Origin: Spirochaetia bacterium
GTDB taxonomy: Bacteria; Spirochaetota; Spirochaetia; UBA9216
NCBI GenBank assembly: GCA_963675665.1
Contig: OY776510.1
Location: 4,288,001 to 4,352,000, forward strand
Reading direction: 5' to 3'
Length of the DNA stretch: 64,000 nt
Position 1 is the stretch's first letter, and every line of letters starts with the position of its first letter. The position numbers and the translations under genes were made by a program. Below, one piece after another: positions 25,950 to 34,589 of this stretch. The notes beneath the pieces were generated by a model. That model was not told the DNA's origin and searched no databases. It worked only from the letters and a program-made list of their open reading frames with translations.

Positions 25950-27258
25950 ACTTCTCCAGTTTGTTATAAAGTGTTTTCCGGCTCATTTTCAGAACTTCAG
26001 CCGTTTTTGTTTTATTATTGTCATTTTTCAGCAGAGTATTCAGAATCAGCTGTTTCTCCATGTCTTCCCTGATATTATCAGTTTGCTTTTCCGGAGTACT
26101 TCTGCGATGCTGCATTCCGAGCGGCAGGTCTTCGATTTTTATTTCTTCATCCGCAGCAACTGCACAAGCATACTGAATGGTGTTTTTCAGCTCCCGGATA
26201 TTTCCGGGCCATGTATATTCAAGAAAAAGATCTATCACCTCGGCAGATAATTTGCGTTTTTTAACCGTGCCTACACAATAATCGCTGATAAAATATTCGG
26301 ATAGTACAGGAATGTCCTCTTTGCGTTCCTTCAGCGGCGGCAATTTGATAACGGCAGTACTGAGCCTGTAAAAAAGGTCTTCCCGGAATTCCTTCCGTGC
26401 GATCATCTGTTCAAGGTTTTTGTTTGTTGCGGCAATGAAACGGACATCAACGGTAATCGTTTTATTACCACCTATCCGCCTTACTTCCTTGTTCTGCAGT
26501 GTTCTTAGAATCTTTGACTGAATTGCCAGCGACATATCGCCTATTTCATCCATAAACAGATTGCTGCCGTCGGCACGCTCGAATATTCCTTTATAATCTG
26601 AATTGGCCCCGGTATATGCACCTTTGTTATGACCGAAAAGTTCATTGTCAAGGATACTTTCCTGAAATGCCGCGCAGTTGATTTTTTGCAGACAGGATGT
26701 GCTTCTGGGAGAAATATCATGAATATAATCTGCCAGAACTTCTTTACCGGTTCCGTTTTCACCCAGAATAAGAATAGGCAAATCAGTAGCGGCAAGCTTT
26801 CTCGCCCTGGCCAGCGTTTTTATCAGATCCGGATTTTTTGTAATAAAATCTCCATGCTCATTACATACAGCAGTATCAACAGTATTGGTTGATTCGTTAT
26901 CGGCTATTGCCGATTCAACGACCCTCAGCAGCAGATCAAAATCAACCGGTTTTTGTATGTAATCGTAAGCTCCGATTTTTATCGTATCAACAGCGGATTC
27001 AATCGAACCGTATCCGGTAATCATTATTACCGGTATGTTTTTCTTCAGAGACATAATGTCCCGTAAAAGCCTGCGGCTGTCTTCATCACCAAGCATCAGA
27101 TCAAGCAGAATGAGATCAAAATTATTCAGTTTAACGCTTTCCAGCGCAGTTCTGCTGTCGTTTGCCCAAGAAACCTTGTACCCCAGCTGTTCGAAGTTTA
27201 CAGCCAGACTCTTGCATACCTTAACCTTGTCGTCAATTATGAAAATATTCCTGACCAT
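25930..27258 (-). CDS. NtrC-family sigma54-dependent response regulator (REC-AAA+-Fis HTH)
   Basis: IDD..LLDL REC; GENGTGKE; ELFGHNKGAYTGA; FMDEIG; FREDLFYRL; WPGNIREL; TAEVLKMSRKTLYNKL. Confidence 0.95.
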   Translation of the reverse strand: MVRNIFIIDDKVKVCKSLAVNFEQLGYKVSWANDSRTALESVKLNNFDLILLDLMLGDEDSRRLLRDIMSLKKNIPVIMITGYGSIESAVDTIKIGAYDYIQKPVDFDLLLRVVESAIADNESTNTVDTAVCNEHGDFITKNPDLIKTLARARKLAATDLPILILGENGTGKEVLADYIHDISPRSTSCLQKINCAAFQESILDNELFGHNKGAYTGANSDYKGIFERADGSNLFMDEIGDMSLAIQSKILRTLQNKEVRRIGGNKTITVDVRFIAATNKNLEQMIARKEFREDLFYRLSTAVIKLPPLKERKEDIPVLSEYFISDYCVGTVKKRKLSAEVIDLFLEYTWPGNIRELKNTIQYACAVAADEEIKIEDLPLGMQHRRSTPEKQTDNIREDMEKQLILNTLLKNDNNKTKTAEVLKMSRKTLYNKLEKYGISEG

Positions 27259-27416
27259 AATGTTACGTAATTATACAAACCTTCCTTTTAAACCGTATAA
27301 AATGGTGACACTGAATTATCAGGTTTAAACCCATATCTGTCAAGCAGGTATAATAAAACGACTTATCTCATTACAACACAATAATTTATATTTACACGTT
27401 TCGGCCGATAGCTCTT

Positions 27417-27432
27417 TGGCACGTCGATTGCT
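27417..27432 (+). promoter_or_regulatory. sigma54 (-24/-12) promoter of the dehydrogenase-GRE operon
   Basis: TGGCACG-TCGA-TTGCT, matching the consensus TGGCACG-N4-TTGCW. Confidence 0.9.
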
Positions 27433-27472
27433 TGTGTATTTTTGGTATAATAAATTAAATCGGAGGCTGATT

Positions 27473-28510
27473 TTGATTCCTGAAACAATGAAGGCTGGCG
27501 TGATGACGGAGCCTGGTAAAATAACTGTTCAAGAAGTAAAAACTCCTGAAATCGGAGATAATGATGTATTAATAAAGGTCAGGTACTGCGGTATCTGCGG
27601 AACCGACGTGCATATATTCAACGGCGTATACAGCAGAGATAAACTGCCGCTTATCCCCGGGCATGAATTTGTCGGAGAAATTGCCGCAATGGGAAAAAAC
27701 GTTACCAGGTATAAAATCGGCGACACAGTTACTGCCGATATAAATCTCAGCTGCGGATCATGCATCTACTGCCTTCAGAATAAACCGCTTTTATGCAGCG
27801 AGATGAGTCAGGTGGGAATTCATCAGAACGGCGCCTTTGCAGAATATGTCGCATTTCCGGCGGAGAGCGTTGTAGAACTGAATCCGGATACACCTAAAGA
27901 AAAACTTGCACTCATAGAGCCTGTATCATGCTGCGTAAGAACATTCCGGATGGCGGAGATATCTTTCGCAAAAAGCGTTGCAATAATAGGCGGCGGAAGC
28001 ATGGGCCTTCTTCTTTTACAAATGGCAAAGCTTGTCGGAGCCGCTCCGGTCATCATGGTGGCCCGCCGACAGGAAACCCTTGACCTTGCAGTTGAAATGG
28101 GCGCCGACGACACCGTGCTTATCGGCAATGGAGATACCGACAGGCTGAAAGAACTTACCGGAGGCCAGGGAGCTGATTTTGTTATCGAAGCAGTCGGCAG
28201 AAAAGAAACCTATGAGAAAGCATGTGAGATGCTGGGACCCGGCGGAAGGCTGGTTGCGTTCGGGATAATGGAACAGGGTGAAAAAACGCCGTTTGAGTTT
28301 TTTAACACTGTTTTGCTGGAACAAAGCTTAACCGGCTCATGCGCCGGAATGGGAATCGACTTTCATGAAGCAAAAAGGCTTGTTGAGTACGATCGTTTCG
28401 ACCTGGGCAGGTACAGCAACAATATTGTCCCGCTTGAGCGGATTGCCGACGGTTTCAACATGGCGATAAACGATAAAACGGTTTTGAAAGTAATCATTGA
28501 TATGGGATGA
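27473..28510 (+). CDS. Zn-dependent (MDR) polyol/sugar-alcohol dehydrogenase-like
   Basis: CGICGTD, PGHE, CGSCIYC..C, GGGSMG; TTG start 6 nt after GGAGG. Confidence 0.9.
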   Translation: MIPETMKAGVMTEPGKITVQEVKTPEIGDNDVLIKVRYCGICGTDVHIFNGVYSRDKLPLIPGHEFVGEIAAMGKNVTRYKIGDTVTADINLSCGSCIYCLQNKPLLCSEMSQVGIHQNGAFAEYVAFPAESVVELNPDTPKEKLALIEPVSCCVRTFRMAEISFAKSVAIIGGGSMGLLLLQMAKLVGAAPVIMVARRQETLDLAVEMGADDTVLIGNGDTDRLKELTGGQGADFVIEAVGRKETYEKACEMLGPGGRLVAFGIMEQGEKTPFEFFNTVLLEQSLTGSCAGMGIDFHEAKRLVEYDRFDLGRYSNNIVPLERIADGFNMAINDKTVLKVIIDMG

Positions 28511-28546
28511 TCCCTTAAAGTCAATCAGGATACAGGAGATAAAAAC

Positions 28547-29566
28547 TTGAAAGCATTGGTATGGACCGGCGCGGATCAGTCGGCAATTAGAGAAATTGAC
28601 AAACCTGAAATAAAAGAGGATGAAGTTCTGCTTAAGGTAAAGGCAACCGGCGTATGCGGAACCGATCTTACAATATTCAAGGGATATTTTCCCGCCCACA
28701 GGGCTGTTGCTCCCATGGCGCTCGGCCATGAAATGAGCGGGGTAATAGCCGAAAAAGGAAATGCCGTAACAGGCTATGAAGTCGGAGACAGGGTTATTGC
28801 CGATCCGCTGATTTCATGCGGGACCTGTTATAATTGCGTTAAGGGGCTCAGGCACATATGCAAAACGCTTGCCCTGTTCGGGGTGGACAGCGACGGATCC
28901 TTCGCTGAATATGTAAAGGTAAAAGCAGAAAAACTGTACCGGATACCCGATACGCTGTCATTTGAGAAAGCCGCGCTTTTTGAACCGCTCGCTGTCGCCG
29001 TACACGCAGTCAGGCGCTCAAAACTTGCAACCGGGGATACGGTAATGGTAATCGGCGGCGGGCCAATCGGAATTCTTATTGCAATGGTAGCCGAAACTGC
29101 CGGTGCCAGAACAATCATCGTATCCGAGATCCAGCAGTCGCGTCTGAATCTTCTTAATGAATACGGATTTAAAACAATCAATCCTGCAAAAATTGACAAT
29201 GAATCAATTATCAATAATTATTATGAAGGAGCAGGCCCGGAAGTTGTATTTGAAGTAACCGGAACAGCAGGCGGTTTTCAGGCGGCTATTGATATTGCCT
29301 GTTACAGGGGCCGCATCATGGAAGTCGGAGTGCCCAAAGGCGAGCAGACAATGGATATCCGGAAAGGCAACTTCGGTGAACTTGAAATTTTAGGTTCGCG
29401 TGTTTACGAACCGGTTGATATCAAAACAGCACTTAAAATAATTGATGATGCCCGTTATGACTGGGACAAACTGATCACAACATTTCCGCTGGAAAAGGGA
29501 CCGGAAGTTCTTACCGAACTTGCAAGCGGTAAAACATCATTAATGAAAGCAATCTTCACGTTGTAG
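28547..29566 (+). CDS. Zn-dependent (MDR) polyol/sugar-alcohol dehydrogenase-like
   Basis: GVCGTD, LGHE, CGTCYNC..C, EPLAVAVHA, GGGPIG; TTG start with GGAGA SD. Confidence 0.9.
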   Translation: MKALVWTGADQSAIREIDKPEIKEDEVLLKVKATGVCGTDLTIFKGYFPAHRAVAPMALGHEMSGVIAEKGNAVTGYEVGDRVIADPLISCGTCYNCVKGLRHICKTLALFGVDSDGSFAEYVKVKAEKLYRIPDTLSFEKAALFEPLAVAVHAVRRSKLATGDTVMVIGGGPIGILIAMVAETAGARTIIVSEIQQSRLNLLNEYGFKTINPAKIDNESIINNYYEGAGPEVVFEVTGTAGGFQAAIDIACYRGRIMEVGVPKGEQTMDIRKGNFGELEILGSRVYEPVDIKTALKIIDDARYDWDKLITTFPLEKGPEVLTELASGKTSLMKAIFTL

Positions 29567-29581
29567 TAGGAGGAATGATAA

Positions 29582-31993
29582 ATGGCGATAGAAGTAAGAT
29601 TAACCGATTCAGATGCAGCTAAAGCAGTCAAATGGCGCACTTCAAAGCTTAATGAAGAAGTACTGGCTGTCGAACCTGAAATCTGCATAGAACGGGCAAG
29701 GCTTGTTACCGAATCATATAAAAAAACCGAAACCGAACCGATGATAATCCGCAGGGCAAAAGCGCTGGCAAACGTTCTTGAAAATCAGACGATATTCATT
29801 CATAAAGATCAGCTTATTGCCGGTGTACAGGCAAGTAAACTCCGTTCATCTCCGCTTTTCCCTGAAACCGAAGCAAACTACCTGAAAAAGGAAATCGATC
29901 TCTTTGAAAAAAGGGAACAGGACAGACTGATTGTTCCGGCCGACGTAAGAAAAGAACTTCTGGAAGAAATTCTTCCGTACTGGAAAGGCAAATGTATAGA
30001 TGAGATTGCACTCGCTGCAATGCCCGAAAAGACCCGCGAGATTGCAATGCTCGAGAACCAGATTTTCTCGGTTGGAATACACCTTACCGGTTCAATCGGC
30101 CATATAATAGCCGATTACGACAGGGTAATTGCAAGAGGTTTTCTCGGCATCAGGGAAGACGCTGAAAATTATCTCAAAACCGTTGACTTTTCAGATCCTG
30201 AAAATACATCAAAGCTTCATTTCTATAAGGCTATCATAATCGTGTGCGATGCAGTGATGGCCTGGGGCAAACGGTATGCTGTTCTTGCGCGGGAAGAAGC
30301 AATAAAAGAAACGGATGAACGTTGGAAAAAAGAACTTGATACAATGGCCGACATCTGCGAACGTGTTCCGGCCCTTCCGGCCAGAAATTTCCGCGAAGCC
30401 GTGCAGGCTTTCTGGTTCTCACATCTGCTTTGTTATATTGAGCAGAACGGACTTGCTGTTTCGGTAGGGCGTTTTGATCAGTTTATGTACCCTTATTACA
30501 GGCAGGACATTGATAACGGCGCCATCACCAAAGATGAAGCCCAGGAGCTGTTGGAATGCCTGTGGATTAAATTCACCGAGGTTATGAGAGCATACGATTT
30601 TGAATGTGCAAAATATTATGCCGGATTTTCAATCTCCGAAAACCTTGTTCTGGGCGGAGTTACCCCGGACGGAAAAGATGCGACCAACGAACTTTCCTAC
30701 ATGTGTCTCGACGCAGAATCCCACACAAGCCTTTCGCAACCTAATCTCGCAGTTCGTGTTCACAACAATATGCCGGAGGATTTCTTCCGCAAAGCAGTCA
30801 GGCTTGCATCAACAGGCCGGACAAAACCCGAGTTTTTCAACGATTCAGTTGCGCTTCAGTCGCTGCTGTCGCTCGGTGTCCCTTTAAAAGATGCCCGCGA
30901 CTATTCTATTTCCGGATGTGTGGAAGCAGTTCCGCCGCATACAAACGGAATGACAAACGCAGCAATGTCGAATATTGCAAAGGCGCTTGAGCTTGCTCTT
31001 AACGACGGGGTATGCAGACTTACCGGAAAGCAGATAGGACCGAAAACCGGCGACCCGCGGGAGTTTAAATCCATTCGCGAGTTGCTTGATGCATTCAAAA
31101 ACCAGGTTGCCGCATATGTAAAAGAGATGGTGACCGCGCTTCAGTTTATCGAAAAAACCCATGCTCAATATTATCCGCTGCCATACTTCTCGCTGATTAT
31201 GGACGACTGTCTTGAACTGGGCCTGGATATAACCGAAGGCGGCGCCCGATATAATTATACAGGTCCGCAGGCGGTAGGTCTGTCGGATGTTGCTGATTCG
31301 CTGGCGGCCATAGGAAAATTCGTCTTTGACGACAAGAGCATTTCAATGGATCAGCTTCTTAAAGCTCTTAACGACAATTTTGAAGGAAGCGAAGAACTCC
31401 GCCAGCGTCTTTCGAACAAAGCGCCGAAATACGGCAACGACGATGATTACGTCGATTCACTCGCCGCTGAAGTTGTAAAAATCTACTGCGAAGAAGTTGA
31501 ACAGTATAAAAACACCCGCGGCGGCGTTTACCGTCCGGGCGTATATTCGGTATCTGCAAATGTTCCGCTGGGAATGCATGTCGGTGCAACACCGAACGGC
31601 CGGTTCAGCCGGGCGGCGCTCGGAGACGGCGTAGGACCCGTTCAGGCCTGCGATATAATGGGCCCCACCGCGGTTACCCGCTCCGTTGCAAAACTAAATC
31701 ATGAACTGGTAACAAACGGGACCCTTCTGAACCAGAAATTCAGCCGGGATCTAATGAACTCAGACGAAGGCAAACAGGGACTGGGCGATCTAATCCGAAG
31801 TTACTTTGATCTCGGCGGATGGCATATCCAGTTCAATGTAGTCGACGCAAAAGTATTGCGTGAAGCGCAGACCAAACCGCAGGACCACAAAGACCTTATT
31901 ATCAGGGTTGCCGGATACAGCGCTTTCTTTGTTGAACTCGACAGCAAGGTACAGGATGACATCATTAACAGAACTGAACAAAAGAAATTCTAA
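29582..31993 (+). CDS. Glycyl radical enzyme, PFL2/dehydratase-eliminase-like, substrate unknown
   Basis: 803 aa; GRFDQ; Cys loop SGCVE (single Cys, so not PFL); Gly loop IRVAGYSAFF; AGGAGG SD. Confidence 0.95.
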   Translation: MAIEVRLTDSDAAKAVKWRTSKLNEEVLAVEPEICIERARLVTESYKKTETEPMIIRRAKALANVLENQTIFIHKDQLIAGVQASKLRSSPLFPETEANYLKKEIDLFEKREQDRLIVPADVRKELLEEILPYWKGKCIDEIALAAMPEKTREIAMLENQIFSVGIHLTGSIGHIIADYDRVIARGFLGIREDAENYLKTVDFSDPENTSKLHFYKAIIIVCDAVMAWGKRYAVLAREEAIKETDERWKKELDTMADICERVPALPARNFREAVQAFWFSHLLCYIEQNGLAVSVGRFDQFMYPYYRQDIDNGAITKDEAQELLECLWIKFTEVMRAYDFECAKYYAGFSISENLVLGGVTPDGKDATNELSYMCLDAESHTSLSQPNLAVRVHNNMPEDFFRKAVRLASTGRTKPEFFNDSVALQSLLSLGVPLKDARDYSISGCVEAVPPHTNGMTNAAMSNIAKALELALNDGVCRLTGKQIGPKTGDPREFKSIRELLDAFKNQVAAYVKEMVTALQFIEKTHAQYYPLPYFSLIMDDCLELGLDITEGGARYNYTGPQAVGLSDVADSLAAIGKFVFDDKSISMDQLLKALNDNFEGSEELRQRLSNKAPKYGNDDDYVDSLAAEVVKIYCEEVEQYKNTRGGVYRPGVYSVSANVPLGMHVGATPNGRFSRAALGDGVGPVQACDIMGPTAVTRSVAKLNHELVTNGTLLNQKFSRDLMNSDEGKQGLGDLIRSYFDLGGWHIQFNVVDAKVLREAQTKPQDHKDLIIRVAGYSAFFVELDSKVQDDIINRTEQKKF

Positions 31994-31994
31994 T

Positions 31995-32915
31995 ATGTCG
32001 GATACAGGGGTTATCTTCAACATCCAGCGTTTCTCACTGCATGACGGCCCCGGAATGCGGACAGTCCTTTTTCTGAAAGGCTGTCCTCTTTCCTGCCTGT
32101 GGTGTTCCAACCCCGAGTCTCAGAACCCGGATGAAGAACTGCTTTATTACAGGAACAAGTGCATCCTCTGCGGAAGTTGCGTCAAAGCCGCCGGAGGGAA
32201 CGAACTGGCGGCAAGCGGAATCTCACTTTCCGAAGACGGGATTGTTTTTGACCGGGAAAAACTTGATGTAGCTGCAGCAGCTGAAACCTGTCCGACCGGA
32301 GCGCTGGAGATAATTGGCCGAAAAACCAGCGCCGAAGAAATTATGCCGATGCTGATGCGCGACATTACATATTTCAGGCGCTCCGGCGGCGGAATTACGC
32401 TTTCAGGAGGAGAGCCGACGATACAGACAGGGTTCTGCCGGGAGCTGCTGCTTCGGCTACGTGAACTGGGAGTGAATACAGCTGTCGAGACATGCGGGTA
32501 CCGAAAGTGGGATCCTTTTCTGCGCGCGATAGAACCGGCAGATTTGATTTTATACGATCTTAAAGCAGCAGATTCTGAAGTGCACAAATCCGGCACAGGA
32601 GTCGGCAACGAAATTATACTTGAAAATTTTCTGAAGCTTGTGCCTGTCAAGAATTTGACGGCCCGAATTCCGGTAATACCCGGATTTAATGCGACTGATG
32701 AGAATTTCAAACAGACTGCCGCTTTTATTCTGAACAGCGGGTTCAAAGGCGAAGTCCATCTTCTACCCTATCACAGTTACGGTTCAGGAAAGTATAAAGC
32801 GATGCAGCAGGAATACCAACTTGCGGGGACAGAACCTCCGACCGAAGAACAACTGAAAAAATGGGCCTATGAATTTGAATCAGGAGGTCTGACAGTTAAA
32901 ATACACAAGCACTGA
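31995..32915 (+). CDS. Glycyl-radical enzyme activating protein (radical SAM)
   Basis: HDGPGMRT, CPLSCLWC, ferredoxin-like insert, SGGEP, VETCG, LLPYH. Confidence 0.95.
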   Translation: MSDTGVIFNIQRFSLHDGPGMRTVLFLKGCPLSCLWCSNPESQNPDEELLYYRNKCILCGSCVKAAGGNELAASGISLSEDGIVFDREKLDVAAAAETCPTGALEIIGRKTSAEEIMPMLMRDITYFRRSGGGITLSGGEPTIQTGFCRELLLRLRELGVNTAVETCGYRKWDPFLRAIEPADLILYDLKAADSEVHKSGTGVGNEIILENFLKLVPVKNLTARIPVIPGFNATDENFKQTAAFILNSGFKGEVHLLPYHSYGSGKYKAMQQEYQLAGTEPPTEEQLKKWAYEFESGGLTVKIHKH

Positions 32916-32932
32916 TATTAATCGCTGTCTTG

Positions 32933-34576
32933 TCAGAGGCCCTTTTCAAATACGATCTTGCCGTCAATCATGGTAAGGTCAACCTCTACCCTGTTCAGTT
33001 TGCCTGTCGGGATCGAGGTGATATCTTCAGAAAGAACAATCATATCCGCCAGTTTTCCTTTTTCAAGGCTCCCTTTGATATCTTCTTCAAAAGACAGATA
33101 TGCACCGTGCAGAGTAGCACAGCGAACAGCCTCGGCAACAGAAATACACTGCGTCTGATCCAGCTGAATTTCATTTGTCCTGTTATACCGGTTAACCGCT
33201 CCGTCTATAGTGTGAATCCCTATAGGTCCGGACGGGTAATCGCTTGCAATAGACACCTTGATTCCGGCATCAAGCATGCTCCTGAGGGCAATAAGATACT
33301 TCATCCGCTCGCCGTAAAAACGGGCGTAATTGGCGCCTATTGTGGTGAGCATCCCCGGATTCACAGTCGGGCATATATTCATCTTTGCCATTCGATCTAT
33401 AAGGTCCTGGTCGCATAGCGTGCAGTGCTCTATGCGGTGCCGCAAATCGGGTCTCGGGTTATCTTTAAAGGCTTTCTCATAACCTTCAACCATGAATTCC
33501 ACAGCCAGGTCTCCTATCGCATGCGCAGTTGCCTGGCATTCGGCGTCGTTGATCTCTTTTATATATTCTGTCACCTCTTCACGTTCCCAGCCTCGTTCTC
33601 GCGGAAGTTCAGGATTATGACTGTAAGGCTCACGGGTTGCGCATGACGGGCCGCCGGATCCGCCGTCTATCATAAATTTGCAGGAGCCTATCCTGAAATG
33701 TTCATCTCCGAGCCCGGTAGTAAAACCGAGCGATAAAAAGTGAGCATTGTCTTCCTTTGAGAAGGGTTTACCAAAGATACTGTGAAGAAGCATATATGAA
33801 CGAATTTTAAACTTGCGCTCGCGGCAAAGCTTCTGCATTATATGGTATGAAGGCCTGTCGCACTCGCCTGCGTCATGCACCGAAGTAATTCCTGCGCGCA
33901 GTGCAATATCATGTGATTTCATGGCGGCTTTAGCCTGCTGTTCCTCGGTGTAATCTACCATCCCCCACAGCTTGAAATGGGTATGCCCCCGAACCATTCC
34001 CGTCAGCTTTCCGTCTATAACCTCAACTTCGTCTTCAGGATATTTTGCGGCGTCTTCCGGTCCGTAAACGTCCAGGTATTCAAGGGCTTTGGTATTATAC
34101 ATGCAGATATGTCCGCCTCCGTGCATACAGTGGACCGGGTTGTCGGGCGCTATTGCATCAAGTTCTTCTATTGAAGGGTGTCTTTTTTCGGGAAGCAGCA
34201 GCGGTTCATAACCCATCATCGACACCCATTGCCCGGGTTGCTTCAGGGCAACCGCTTTTTTCAGCAGGTCAAGCATTTCGGCAAGACTCCTGCAATTTGA
34301 CGCTGAAGTATTAATCATTGCAGAATCAAGTTCGGTCCCGATAAATCCTGCAAGAATCGGATGAAAATGAGAATCGATTATGCCGGGCATCAGTGTCCGA
34401 CCTGCAAGATCTATCTGTTCGGTTTTATCGTCGATATATTCATCAAGACCGTCGTTTGTTCCGACATAAACAATCCTGTTGCCCTTCACGGCAAGAGCTT
34501 CCGCTATTACGTCACCGGCGTTAACAGTAAGAACTCTTCCGTTTCTGAAAACCGTATCAGCAAATCCAAGTCTCAT
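32933..34576 (-). CDS. Amidohydrolase_3 family protein (YtcJ/NfdA-like)
   Basis: PGIIDSHFH, KFMIDG, HAIGD, RIEH, SDYP, KGSLEKGKLAD; start MRLGFAD. Confidence 0.9.
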   Translation of the reverse strand: MRLGFADTVFRNGRVLTVNAGDVIAEALAVKGNRIVYVGTNDGLDEYIDDKTEQIDLAGRTLMPGIIDSHFHPILAGFIGTELDSAMINTSASNCRSLAEMLDLLKKAVALKQPGQWVSMMGYEPLLLPEKRHPSIEELDAIAPDNPVHCMHGGGHICMYNTKALEYLDVYGPEDAAKYPEDEVEVIDGKLTGMVRGHTHFKLWGMVDYTEEQQAKAAMKSHDIALRAGITSVHDAGECDRPSYHIMQKLCRERKFKIRSYMLLHSIFGKPFSKEDNAHFLSLGFTTGLGDEHFRIGSCKFMIDGGSGGPSCATREPYSHNPELPRERGWEREEVTEYIKEINDAECQATAHAIGDLAVEFMVEGYEKAFKDNPRPDLRHRIEHCTLCDQDLIDRMAKMNICPTVNPGMLTTIGANYARFYGERMKYLIALRSMLDAGIKVSIASDYPSGPIGIHTIDGAVNRYNRTNEIQLDQTQCISVAEAVRCATLHGAYLSFEEDIKGSLEKGKLADMIVLSEDITSIPTGKLNRVEVDLTMIDGKIVFEKGL

Positions 34577-34589
34577 TTCTATCCATCCT

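Noticed and set aside
27416-27472. ORF-track N-terminal extension of the first dehydrogenase
   Set aside because: It overlaps the sigma54 promoter; a GGAGG-led TTG at 27473 is the better start.
29582-31993. Calling the GRE pyruvate formate-lyase, choline TMA-lyase or a microcompartment enzyme
   Set aside because: Single-Cys GCVE loop rather than the PFL Cys-Cys, no matching pathway genes, and no shell proteins in the window.
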